A stretch of DNA of 64,000 bases from Marivivens sp. (GCA_017643845.1 JAEPMR010000008.1:8811-72810), one strand, 5' to 3'; positions 19,229 through 27,971 are shown, numbered from the stretch's first letter. Numbers and translations are program-made. Notes: generated by a model from the letters alone, not told the origin.

Positions 19229-20404
19229 ATGAATTTCGACGAATTGATCGATCGGCGCGGAAAATCTGTCACAAAATGGGACGCGATTGACCTTCTCTAC
19301 AAAATGCCGACCGACGATGCACTTGCGATGTGGATTGCTGATATGGACTTTCGGCCCGCAGCTTGTGTTCAGCAGGCCGCCGAAGAGCTCCTGAAAAGAA
19401 ACGATTACGGGTATTTCACCCATTTCGATCAATATTACGAAGCGGTCTGCTGGTGGGCTCAGAACCGGCATGGATGGAAGGTAGAACCGGACTGGATCAC
19501 GATAACTGGTGGTCTGGGAAATGCCATTGCACTTGCCATTCAAACCTTCACCGATCCAGGTGATGAAATTGTGATATTCACACCCGTCTACCAGGAATTC
19601 GCGATGAAAACCCGTAACGCGGGACGGGCTGTCCGAGAATTGCCGCTTGCGATCGGTGACGACGGTAAATTCGTGATGGATTTTGACCGATACGATGCGC
19701 TTTTGACCGGCAAGGAGCGTCTTGCGATCCTGAGTTCACCGCATAATCCTGCCGGCCGTGTCTGGTCTGCGGAGGAACTGCGTGCTCTTGTCCGGTTCTG
19801 CCGGAAGCACGGGCTCTTGCTGATTTCAGACGAGGTGCATCAGGACATCGTTTTCCCGGGACATCAGCACACGACGATTCTGAACGCGGTTCCTGATGCA
19901 GCGGACATGACGGTGGTCATGTCCTCAGCTTCCAAGACATTCAACCTAGCTGGTCTCAGGACTGGAAATGTGATCATTCCTGATCCCAATCTGCGGAAGA
20001 AATTCAAGAGCTTCTGCCGTAGCCTCGATATGTCGCCTAATTTGTTCGGAATTCGGATGACCCAAGCTGCCTACAGCCCTGCTGGGGCCGCATGGGTGGA
20101 TGCCTTGTGCGTCTATCTTTCCGAAAACGCGAAAGTTTTCCTTGAAGGTGCTCGCCAGATCAAAGGCGTGACGGCCATGGACATGGAGGCGACCTACCTC
20201 GCGTGGCTCGATTTCGCAGGCACGGGCCTACCGGTAGAGGAGATTCAGGATAGGGTCGTGAATACTGCTCACATAGCGCCGACGCCGGGTGTCCCGCTGG
20301 GAACGGGAGGGGAAACCGGGCTGAGGTTCAATCTTGCCTTGCCGCGCATTCGGATCGAGGACGCAGTTGACCGGCTCCAGAAAGCTTTTAATGACGTGTC
20401 GTAG
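19229..20404 (+). CDS. MalY/PatB family PLP enzyme (cystathionine beta-lyase-like)
   Basis: MWIADMDF, SPHNPAGRVW, SDEVH, SKTFNLAG; SD AGGAG. Confidence 0.92.
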   Translation: MNFDELIDRRGKSVTKWDAIDLLYKMPTDDALAMWIADMDFRPAACVQQAAEELLKRNDYGYFTHFDQYYEAVCWWAQNRHGWKVEPDWITITGGLGNAIALAIQTFTDPGDEIVIFTPVYQEFAMKTRNAGRAVRELPLAIGDDGKFVMDFDRYDALLTGKERLAILSSPHNPAGRVWSAEELRALVRFCRKHGLLLISDEVHQDIVFPGHQHTTILNAVPDAADMTVVMSSASKTFNLAGLRTGNVIIPDPNLRKKFKSFCRSLDMSPNLFGIRMTQAAYSPAGAAWVDALCVYLSENAKVFLEGARQIKGVTAMDMEATYLAWLDFAGTGLPVEEIQDRVVNTAHIAPTPGVPLGTGGETGLRFNLALPRIRIEDAVDRLQKAFNDVS

Positions 20405-20421
20405 ATTTCCAGATTGGGCGT

Positions 20422-20769
20422 TTACCGCGGGAGAAGTGCGACCGGCTCGTCGTTCTCACGCTCGAAATCTGCGGCGGGCCTGTCGGCTACAGGGGCGTGC
20501 CACTTGAATTCGTAGATCCGCTCACCGTCCTCCTCTCGGGAGGTGTAGACGAGACATTGATAGAGGTGCCGCGCGCCGTCATATAGCTCAACATGACCGC
20601 GCAAATTCGGTGCATTTTCCGCGTCCATGGCAAAACCGCCGTCCCAGAAACGCAAAACGCGGTGAACGTTGTCGCCATCGTGTACGCAGAGACGCGACGA
20701 TCGTCTCTGTGCAGCCTTGCGCGCGTCTTCGAGCCCTTTTCGAACCGCTTCTGGCAGAAAATCAGTCAT
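20422..20769 (-). CDS. Hypothetical protein
   Basis: 115-aa ORF with strong SD GAGGAGG that fills the gap. Confidence 0.75.
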   Translation of the reverse strand: MTDFLPEAVRKGLEDARKAAQRRSSRLCVHDGDNVHRVLRFWDGGFAMDAENAPNLRGHVELYDGARHLYQCLVYTSREEDGERIYEFKWHAPVADRPAADFERENDEPVALLPR

Positions 20770-20869
20770 CTCCGTGCCTCCTCCTCATCGAAGAACATCT
20801 CCGATTGGTGATGAAATTCAAGATAAGGATCACAGGCTTGCGATTTCCGTGCCACGATGCGTTGCCGAT

Positions 20870-21646
20870 TTACACGGCCTCCTTGCGAGCCTTTGGGCGC
20901 AAAACATGCGGGCGTGCTGCATCGTAAAGCGCACTATCCGGGAAGCCGTGCTGATCCGAGAGCGCGGGACCGACGAGGATCAAAGCAGTGCGCGTGATCT
21001 TGGCCTCGCGTACTTTTTCACGCACGGTCGCAAGGGTGCCGCGGATGATTTGTTGATCGGGCCACCCGACACGGTAGATCACTGCAACGGGGCAATCTTC
21101 GCCATAGAATGGGATCAATTGGCGTTCGATTTCGCGCAGTGCCCGGATGCCGAGATGGATAGCGAGGGTAGTTCCGGTGCGGGCAAAATTCTCCAACGTC
21201 TCGCCTGCGGGCATCGAGGTCGATTTCATCGACATGCGGGTGAGAACGATAGATTGAGCGACTTCAGGAATGGTCAATTCCTGCCCGAGTGCCGCCGCCG
21301 CAGCGGTGTAGGCAGGGACGCCGGGAATGATCTGATAATCAATGTTATCCTGACGAAGGCGCCTGATTTGCTCTGCGATCGCGCCATAAAGCGAAGGATC
21401 GCCGGAATGCACACGCGCGATATGCTGCCCTTTTTCGTGGGCCGCGACGATTTCCGCATGGGTTTCATCCAGCGTCATCGGCGCGGTATCGAGCACGCGC
21501 GCATCCTTGGGGGCGATTGCAACGACCTGTTCGGGCACCAGTGACCCTGCATAGAGGCAAACGGGGCATTCGCCGATCAGACGTGCGGCCTTGAGTGTCA
21601 GAAGTTCGGGATCGCCCGGCCCTGCGCCGATGAAATAAACAGTCAT
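20870..21646 (-). CDS. cobM: Precorrin-4 C11-methyltransferase
   Basis: FIGAGPGDPELLT, LYAGSLV, RVHSGDPSLYGA. Confidence 0.95.
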   Translation of the reverse strand: MTVYFIGAGPGDPELLTLKAARLIGECPVCLYAGSLVPEQVVAIAPKDARVLDTAPMTLDETHAEIVAAHEKGQHIARVHSGDPSLYGAIAEQIRRLRQDNIDYQIIPGVPAYTAAAAALGQELTIPEVAQSIVLTRMSMKSTSMPAGETLENFARTGTTLAIHLGIRALREIERQLIPFYGEDCPVAVIYRVGWPDQQIIRGTLATVREKVREAKITRTALILVGPALSDQHGFPDSALYDAARPHVLRPKARKEAV

Positions 21647-23466
21647 GCCTGCGCTTCCTTCTTTTTGGAGAGATCGCCGTCGATTTTTCGGGCGTATCCC
21701 CTCGGTGTGAACATTCGCGGGCCTTCGCCCAACTGTGCTAGGCGGGAGTTCGACGAGCCGATCAGAACCACAGTCAGCATATCGACCTCATCGACCTCCA
21801 AATCGGCAAGCTTGCGATAGCGGATATGTTCTTCGGGCCTGCCAAGGCTTGAAGCTAGCATCACAGGCGTATCCGCTGGACGGTGCTCAAGCAGGATGTC
21901 ACGTGCCTCGGCAAGGAGCGTGCGCCGTGTCTTGGAGACCGGATTGTAGAATGCGATGACAAAATCGCCTTCTGCGGCGGCCTTCAGGCGTCGGATGATG
22001 TCATCGCGGGGGGTGAGCAGGTCCGAGAGGGAGATCGTGCAGAAATCATGACCTAACGGAGCACCAGCACGGGCAGCAGCCCCTTGCAAGGCAGACACAC
22101 CGGGGGAGCAGACGACCTCGACCCGATGCGCGGCATCCGAGACGCCGTGCTGATCTGCGTCGCGGTCCAGCAGTTCGAACACCAATGCACCCATGGCGTA
22201 AATGCCTGCGTCACCAGAGCAGACAAGGGCGACATTCTTGCCCAAAGCTGCCTGCTCCAGCGCATAACGGCAACGGGCCTCTTCACCACCAAGCGGGAAA
22301 TCAGAGCGTTGTTTGCCTGCTGCAAGCGGGCCTAGGAGGTCAATATAGAGGCCGTAGCCAACAAGCTCTTCAGCGTCGGCGACAAGGCGCGAAACTTCGG
22401 GCGTGCGCCAGCTGGATTGGCCGGGCCCAATCCCAACAATTGAAAGCCTGCCGCGTGCGCGGCCACGCAATGTGGTAATGGGGGCAGGGGCTTTGGAGAT
22501 TGCGCAAGTCGCATTCGCAGTTTTGCGTTTGGTCACATGCAGGGTGCCTTCAGATCCAACCGCTGCGAGTGCTGCGGCCTCGGAAACGCCATGGCAGCCC
22601 ACCTCGGCAAAGACCACATCGGATGGATTGGCGAGGCGCGGGGTTTCTTCTTCCAGTTCGGAGGCGTCGAAGAGGCGGAATGGAACGCCCAGACGCCGCG
22701 CAACCTCATTGATTGCTTGTTCGTCCGCCTTGAGGGCGACGGAGTTGACGCAAGCGATTGCGCCTGTGGCGATGCCAGCCTCTGCAAGTGTGGTTTCGAC
22801 CAAATTCCAAAGCTCGTCGGGGTCCGCATTGCGGGCGCAACCAAGTCCGAGGGCATAGGACTGTGGGTGATAGACGAGTGTTTGGCTGTCGCCATCCTTT
22901 GGTGCCTCGGTGACGACAAGCGTCACGGTTCCATTTTCGCTGCTTTCCAGATCGAAAAGATCGGGGCCTTCGACGCGTGGTTTCGCACCATTGAGCAAGG
23001 CGGCCATGACGGACTTGGCGTCCTGCGGATTGGCAAGACGATAGCCTGAGGGCGGTGCGTCCAGCGCGGCGCCAATGGCCAGATCGCCAGCGGTTGTGAC
23101 GGCCGCGACGCCGCCGAGCGCTTCGGCGATTTGCCGGGCGAGCCTGTTTGCGCCGCGATGGCCGCCAAGCAAGGGGATGACGACGCTGCCATCATCGGCG
23201 ACGGAAATGACCGGTGGCTCGGTTGTTTTGTCTGCAAGTAGCGGGGCAACGCCACGGATCAGAATGCCACTTGCGCAGACGCCGATTACAGGCACTCCGG
23301 CGGCAAAGAGATCGCGGGTATGATCGAGGGCATTCGGGAAAAACGCGTCTGCCTCTGCAACGCGGCCTTCCCGGCCATGAACGGCGAGATCAAGTGTTGT
23401 GGCGATGCGATGGGCTGTGGCCTCGCCAGAAGCTGAGAGTGCGAGGACGACTGGTTTCAAAGCCAC
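21643..23466 (-). CDS. cobJ: CbiG/CobE-like domains fused to precorrin-3B C17-methyltransferase
   Basis: N-terminal EPPVISV, LLGGHRGAN, GVSEAAAL; C-terminal VGIGPG, SGDAGIY, GHDFCTISLSDLLTP. Confidence 0.92.
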   Translation of the reverse strand: MALKPVVLALSASGEATAHRIATTLDLAVHGREGRVAEADAFFPNALDHTRDLFAAGVPVIGVCASGILIRGVAPLLADKTTEPPVISVADDGSVVIPLLGGHRGANRLARQIAEALGGVAAVTTAGDLAIGAALDAPPSGYRLANPQDAKSVMAALLNGAKPRVEGPDLFDLESSENGTVTLVVTEAPKDGDSQTLVYHPQSYALGLGCARNADPDELWNLVETTLAEAGIATGAIACVNSVALKADEQAINEVARRLGVPFRLFDASELEEETPRLANPSDVVFAEVGCHGVSEAAALAAVGSEGTLHVTKRKTANATCAISKAPAPITTLRGRARGRLSIVGIGPGQSSWRTPEVSRLVADAEELVGYGLYIDLLGPLAAGKQRSDFPLGGEEARCRYALEQAALGKNVALVCSGDAGIYAMGALVFELLDRDADQHGVSDAAHRVEVVCSPGVSALQGAAARAGAPLGHDFCTISLSDLLTPRDDIIRRLKAAAEGDFVIAFYNPVSKTRRTLLAEARDILLEHRPADTPVMLASSLGRPEEHIRYRKLADLEVDEVDMLTVVLIGSSNSRLAQLGEGPRMFTPRGYARKIDGDLSKKKEAQA

Positions 23467-24158
23467 GGATCGGCTCCCTTCGTGAGTAGAATCATGGAGA
23501 AATAAGGTGCTTTTTCAGGAGCTTGCGCGAGCGGCAGGCAAACTTCTTTGGGCAGGCTGGCGCGTTCTATGTAGACAGCCTGATTTTGCAAGCCGAGCGT
23601 CTCGAGGACACGACGGATCTTTGCGAGATGACGCCCGACTTTCATGATGACCACGCTATCGGCGCGAGAGATTTCGTCGGTCAGGGCGTCTTCCGGAAGT
23701 GGGCCGGGCAGGATGGTCAGGCGCTCATTGCGCGCTGCGAGCGGCAGCGCGGCGCGCGCGGCGCAGGCGGTGACCGACGTGACGCCTGGCACGATTTCGA
23801 CGGTGTAGCGCTCTTTTAGGCGGGCGTGGATGTACATGAACGAGCCATAGAAAAGCGGATCCCCTTCACAGAGGCAGATGACGTCCTCTCCTGCATCCAG
23901 AGCGGCGGCGATCTCGACCGCGCCGTTGTCATAGGCCGCCTGCGCTGGTCCCCGCTCGGTGCTCATCGGGACATCCATGATGATTTCGCGGGCGGTGGCG
24001 GGGATGAGATCAGCCGCGATGGAGCGGGCGAAACTGTCACCACCTGCGAGCGTCGGGTAGGCGATGACCGTTGCGGATTCGATCAGACGGGCGGCGCGAA
24101 GGGTCAGGAGGTCAGTCGCGCCGGGACCTAGGCCGACGCCGTAGAGGGTGCCTGTCAT
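23457..24158 (-). CDS. cobI: Precorrin-2 C20-methyltransferase
   Basis: LYGVGLGPG, LCEGDPLFYGSF, PYFS. Confidence 0.95.
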   Translation of the reverse strand: MTGTLYGVGLGPGATDLLTLRAARLIESATVIAYPTLAGGDSFARSIAADLIPATAREIIMDVPMSTERGPAQAAYDNGAVEIAAALDAGEDVICLCEGDPLFYGSFMYIHARLKERYTVEIVPGVTSVTACAARAALPLAARNERLTILPGPLPEDALTDEISRADSVVIMKVGRHLAKIRRVLETLGLQNQAVYIERASLPKEVCLPLAQAPEKAPYFSMILLTKGADPWL

Positions 24159-25357
24159 CGTTTCACGAGGCTCCATTGGGTGACGGGCATGAGCGGGCGC
24201 CAGCCGGTGAGGCGGCCAACAGGCTCGGCGCGGTTGACCGCGATTTTGGTCAGCATTCCGCCGTGGGTTTTATGAAGCGCGAGGAGCTGCGCCTCGCTTT
24301 CGAGGGTGACGGCATTGGCGACGAGGCGGCCGAGGGGACGCAGGGCTGACCATGCGGCGTTGAAGGTTTCGTCCGACATGCCGCCGCCGATGAAGATCGC
24401 GTCGGGCGCGGGGAGATCGGCAAGGCAATCGGGTGCGGTGCCTTCGATCAATTCAAGTTTTGGTGCGCCCAAGGCGAGCGCGTTCGCGGCGGCCATCGTG
24501 CGACGGTCCGCGCGCGGTTCGATGCCGATGGCGCGGGCGTAATGTGCCGCGCGCATCCATTCGATTGCGACAGAGCCGCAACCGCAGCCGATATCCCACA
24601 AAAGTGCGCCGCGCATCGGCATCAGCTTGGCGACGGTGACAGCGCGCACTTCCTGCTTGGTCATCGTTCCGTCGGACTGGAACAGCGCGTCGTCGAGGCC
24701 GGGGATGCGTGGAAGCAGTGCAGCATCGGGGTCTGCAATACACTCTACGGCCAAAGTGTTAAATTCGGGTACTACATGCGCCCAGCTTTCCGCGATGCCG
24801 TCAAAACGCGCTTCATCCGCGCCGCCCATGGCCGCCAAAACCGTCATGCGGGAGCGGCCATATCCGCGCTCGGACAGAAATTTTGCAATTTGTGCAGGGG
24901 TTTGCGCTCCGGTGGTGAGGACGAGGAGGCGTTGGTCGGGCTGTATGAATGCGATCATTTGCTCGACGGGGCGGCCGTGGACGGTCAGGGTTTCAACGTC
25001 TGGCAGCGACCAGCCCATGCGGGCGGCGGCGAGCTGGAAGGCGGAGAGCTGCGGGTGGTAGACGATTTGGGATGGATCAATCGCGCGGCCGATGCGAGCC
25101 CCGACAGAGAACCAGAGCGGATCGCCCGTGGCGAGCACGGCGACGCGGCGACCACGGAAGGATTCAAGCTGTTCTATCAACGCGTTAAAGGGACTGGGCC
25201 ACGACAAGCGCTCGGCTGTTATGCTGGCCGAAAGCGTATGATGGCGGTCCCCGCCGATAATGATTTCGGCGGCTTCGAGCACCGCGCGGGTGGCCGGAGA
25301 AAGGCCTTCCAGACCGTCCTCTCCGATGCCGATAATGTGGAGCCAAGGGTCAGACAT
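24155..25357 (-). CDS. cobL: Precorrin-6B C5,15-methyltransferase/decarboxylase (CbiE-CbiT)
   Basis: IIGIGEDG, ATGDPLWF, MTKQEVR, WDIGCGCGSV; start MSDPWL after SD GGAGG. Confidence 0.94.
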   Translation of the reverse strand: MSDPWLHIIGIGEDGLEGLSPATRAVLEAAEIIIGGDRHHTLSASITAERLSWPSPFNALIEQLESFRGRRVAVLATGDPLWFSVGARIGRAIDPSQIVYHPQLSAFQLAAARMGWSLPDVETLTVHGRPVEQMIAFIQPDQRLLVLTTGAQTPAQIAKFLSERGYGRSRMTVLAAMGGADEARFDGIAESWAHVVPEFNTLAVECIADPDAALLPRIPGLDDALFQSDGTMTKQEVRAVTVAKLMPMRGALLWDIGCGCGSVAIEWMRAAHYARAIGIEPRADRRTMAAANALALGAPKLELIEGTAPDCLADLPAPDAIFIGGGMSDETFNAAWSALRPLGRLVANAVTLESEAQLLALHKTHGGMLTKIAVNRAEPVGRLTGWRPLMPVTQWSLVKR

Positions 25358-25377
25358 GGGGCGCCTCCAAAGTGTTT

Positions 25378-25468
25378 GCAGGTGCAGCGAAACGGGCCGA
25401 ATCGGGGGATGCACAAGTGATGCACAATTCATGCACATTCCATGCATATCGCACCTGCAGAAAGTTAA
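25378..25468 (+). repeat. Dispersed ~85-bp element with four 11-bp ATGCA(C/T) units, copy 2
   Basis: ATGCACAAGTG ATGCACAATTC ATGCACATTCC ATGCATATCGC ACCTGCAGAAA (units at 25409, 25420, 25431, 25442); inverted relative to copy 1. Confidence 0.85.
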
Positions 25469-25480
25469 CAGCGCGGGCGG

Positions 25481-26122
25481 TCATGAACGCTCCTCCGGCA
25501 GGCCGCCAGCGGCGAGCGCATTGACGGCGGCAGAGGCGATAGCAGAGCCGCCGCGACGCCCGCGCAATGCCACGAAATCGCAACCGCGCGGGTCGGCGGC
25601 GAGCTCGGCCTTTGACTCCGCCGCGCCGACGAAGCCTACCGGGAAGCCGAGAATGACAGCGGGTTTGGGCGCGCCCCCGTCGATCAGTTCGAGGAGGTGG
25701 AAAAGTGCGGTGGGCGCGTTGCCGATGGCGACGACTGCACCTTCCAAGCGCTCGGCCCAGAGCCGCACGGCCGCGGCGGAGCGTGTGTTTCCGATCTCGG
25801 TGGCGAGTGATGGCACGGACGGATCATTGAGGGTGACGATGACCTCGTTACCAGCGGGCAGGTAGCGGCGGATGATGCCCGCGCCGACCATTTCGCAATC
25901 ACAGAGGATCGGCGCGCCGTTCTTCAACGCTGTATGCCCGGCCTCGAACGCCGAGGGCGAAAACGCGAGGCGATCTGCAATCTCGACCATGCCGCAGGCG
26001 TGGATCAGACGTGTCGCCATGGCCTGCATCCCGACGGGGAAACGTTCCAGCCGTGCTTCGCGACGGACGGTGGCGAAACTTTCGGCGTAGATGGCCTTCG
26101 GATCTTTTTCGTAGGGGCGCAT
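25481..26122 (-). CDS. cobH: Precorrin-8X methylmutase
   Basis: IYAESF, RLIHACG, AIGNAPTAL, PVGFVGAAESK, GRRGGS. Confidence 0.96.
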   Translation of the reverse strand: MRPYEKDPKAIYAESFATVRREARLERFPVGMQAMATRLIHACGMVEIADRLAFSPSAFEAGHTALKNGAPILCDCEMVGAGIIRRYLPAGNEVIVTLNDPSVPSLATEIGNTRSAAAVRLWAERLEGAVVAIGNAPTALFHLLELIDGGAPKPAVILGFPVGFVGAAESKAELAADPRGCDFVALRGRRGGSAIASAAVNALAAGGLPEERS

Positions 26123-26174
26123 GGCGGGTCTTTCGCGCCGGGCCGATTGGCGCGGCTGGGGTGATGCGCGGCGG

Positions 26175-27455
26175 TCAGGCCTTGCGTGATTTCAAGGCGC
26201 TTTGTGGCCCGTGCGGATGATCCGCGTGCGGGTAGGGCGCATGATGATGGTGGTGGTCATGATCGTGATGATGATGGTCGTGGCTATGACCGTGATCATG
26301 GTGATGATGATGATCGTGCCCGTGATCATGACTGTGATCATGATGATGGTGGTGATGATCGGCTTGCAGGCGGCACAGGCCGGTGCAGAACGTATCACAC
26401 AGGGCGCAATCGGCAACGTTCGAGCCGGGTGCGGACGCGCCTTGGCCCTCGACGTGGTGATGGTGGCTTTCCTGTACGGCGCCGACCTCGGATTCAAAGC
26501 CCAGAACCTGCGTGCGGTATTTGCACAGAACACAGGTTGGCGGCGGCACGTCACTAAAGGCAGGGTGGCCTGCGCCCTTTTCAGCGGCGAGCGCGGCGCG
26601 CTGCTCGGGGGTGATTTCGGTAACGGTTCCGTCCTCGATGGCGAGCACCTGTGTGCGATACTGGCAGGTGCCGCAATTTGGTGGGGGGACAGCATAGGTT
26701 TGCTCGCGAACGCGCTCGGCAAAGGTTTCGAGCACTTTCGGGTGGTCGCCCAAGTAACCTGCCTTGATGAACTGCATGTGGGGGTGTTCGGCGGCGACCT
26801 GATCGGTGAATCCGTAGATGCGGTCGATCAGGATGCCGGAGAACAGGAAGTAGGGGAACACGATGGCGCGTTTGTAGCCGAGTTTTGCAACGTGCTGGAG
26901 GCATGGCTCGACAAGCGGGAAGGTCACGCCGGAATAGCCGACTTCGCACCAACCGAAGCCCATGCCTTCCTGCAACATGCGGGCGATCTTGGCGACGTTG
27001 CCGTTGGCATCGGGGTCGGATGCGCCGCGCCCGATGACCACGAGGCAGGTTTCGTGCAGGCTGACGGTGCCGTGCTTTGCGTTGGCGCGGTCAACGGCCT
27101 CCTGAATGCGGGCACCGGCGGCTGCGATCATCTTGGGGTCGACGCCGAGTTCGCGGCCATAGGAGATTTGCAGGCCGTGTTTGGCGGCGTAGGTGTTGAG
27201 CACGGTGGGGATGTCGTTTTTGGCGTGCATCGCGGCAAAGAGCATGCCCGGAACGGCGAGGATGCGCTCGCAGCCCGCTTCGCGCAGGCGGTCGAGACCA
27301 TCGCGGATCACTGGATTGGCGAATTCGAGATAGCCGTAGTCGATCTCCCACTCGTCAGGCAGGTAGGCAGGGAGCTTTTCAGCCAAAACCTTGAATTCAT
27401 CGACGGCGGACTGGCTGCGTGAGCCGTGGCCGCAAATCATCACACCGGTTTTCAT
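26175..27455 (-). CDS. cbiX: Long-form CbiX chelatase-family protein with Cys clusters and His-rich tail
   Basis: CGHGSR, YLEFANP, HAKNDIP, GRGASDPDAN, PYFLFSG, CxxC motifs, poly-His. Confidence 0.9.
   Translation of the reverse strand: MKTGVMICGHGSRSQSAVDEFKVLAEKLPAYLPDEWEIDYGYLEFANPVIRDGLDRLREAGCERILAVPGMLFAAMHAKNDIPTVLNTYAAKHGLQISYGRELGVDPKMIAAAGARIQEAVDRANAKHGTVSLHETCLVVIGRGASDPDANGNVAKIARMLQEGMGFGWCEVGYSGVTFPLVEPCLQHVAKLGYKRAIVFPYFLFSGILIDRIYGFTDQVAAEHPHMQFIKAGYLGDHPKVLETFAERVREQTYAVPPPNCGTCQYRTQVLAIEDGTVTEITPEQRAALAAEKGAGHPAFSDVPPPTCVLCKYRTQVLGFESEVGAVQESHHHHVEGQGASAPGSNVADCALCDTFCTGLCRLQADHHHHHHDHSHDHGHDHHHHHDHGHSHDHHHHDHDHHHHHAPYPHADHPHGPQSALKSRKA
26240..26360. repeat. Low-complexity His-codon repeat (CbiX tail)
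   Basis: gatgatggtggtg...gatcatggtgatgatg runs. Confidence 0.8.
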
Positions 27456-27667
27456 GCGGCGGCCTCTTCGGTGTCTTCGTCTTCGATCTCTTCCTCGGTG
27501 GACGCGTCTTTGCCCTTTAGCGCGCCGCGAATGCCGAGCAGGATGGCGAGGCCGAGTGCAATACCGGCAACCCAGTGATCATGGCCGGCGATTTCGCCAA
27601 GATGGCCGGGATGGGCGGCTGCCGTGCTGGCGAGCACGGTAAAGAAGAAAGCGAGCGCGTGGCGCAT
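27452..27667 (-). CDS. Small membrane protein: signal peptide, HPGH...HDH, TM, acidic tail (DUF6732-like)
   Basis: MRHALAFFFTVLASTAAA-HPGHLGEIAGHDHW; SD AAGGAGG; 4-bp overlap with cbiX. Confidence 0.8.
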   Translation of the reverse strand: MRHALAFFFTVLASTAAAHPGHLGEIAGHDHWVAGIALGLAILLGIRGALKGKDASTEEEIEDEDTEEAAA

Positions 27668-27805
27668 GATCGGACCTCCTTGTCGGGCAGAAACCAGAGG
27701 CCCGCGGCTGTGCGGGGTCAAGTGACGATGCAATCTTCTGGCCCCCTATTTGGGTCGACCCACCGATTACCAACCTCTCTGGCCCTTGCCGGGCTTCGTC
27801 TGTTG
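27668..27805 (-). ncRNA. Candidate structured 5' leader of the cbiX-cob operon (unassigned)
   Basis: Closing stem GGCA.GGGCCAGA...UCUGGUUU.UGCC with internal hairpins, ending just before the SD. Confidence 0.5.
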
Positions 27806-27810
27806 GCCTT

Positions 27811-27839
27811 CGTATAGGGGGCGTGTGGCTTTGGTGCAA
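27811..27839 (-). promoter_or_regulatory. Sigma70-type promoter for the cbiX-cob operon
   Basis: TTGCAC-N17-TATACG on the minus strand. Confidence 0.5.
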
Positions 27840-27971
27840 ATGGTTAAACGTCGCACGGAGAGCTGAATCCGACTTGTGCGTATGTGCGGAGGCGGCTGCG
27901 CGGTGATCCGCGTTTTCACCCGTCGGATCTTGGCTATCTCAGACCTGACAGTTTGAGAAAAGGAGCATGTG

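Noticed and set aside
20422-20769. Possible PilZ-like domain
   Set aside because: No convincing RxxxR plus D/NxSxxG motif
12200-20800. Lower-GC block as a horizontally acquired island
   Set aside because: Contains fmt, def, ctaH and patB; no integrase, tRNA or flanking direct repeats; edges are gradual
25358-25447. N-terminal extension of CobL (MHGMCMNC...)
   Set aside because: Translation of the repeat element; the SD supports the start at 25357
27668-27805. Second canonical cobalamin riboswitch
   Set aside because: Conserved B12 elements are absent; kept only as an unassigned leader
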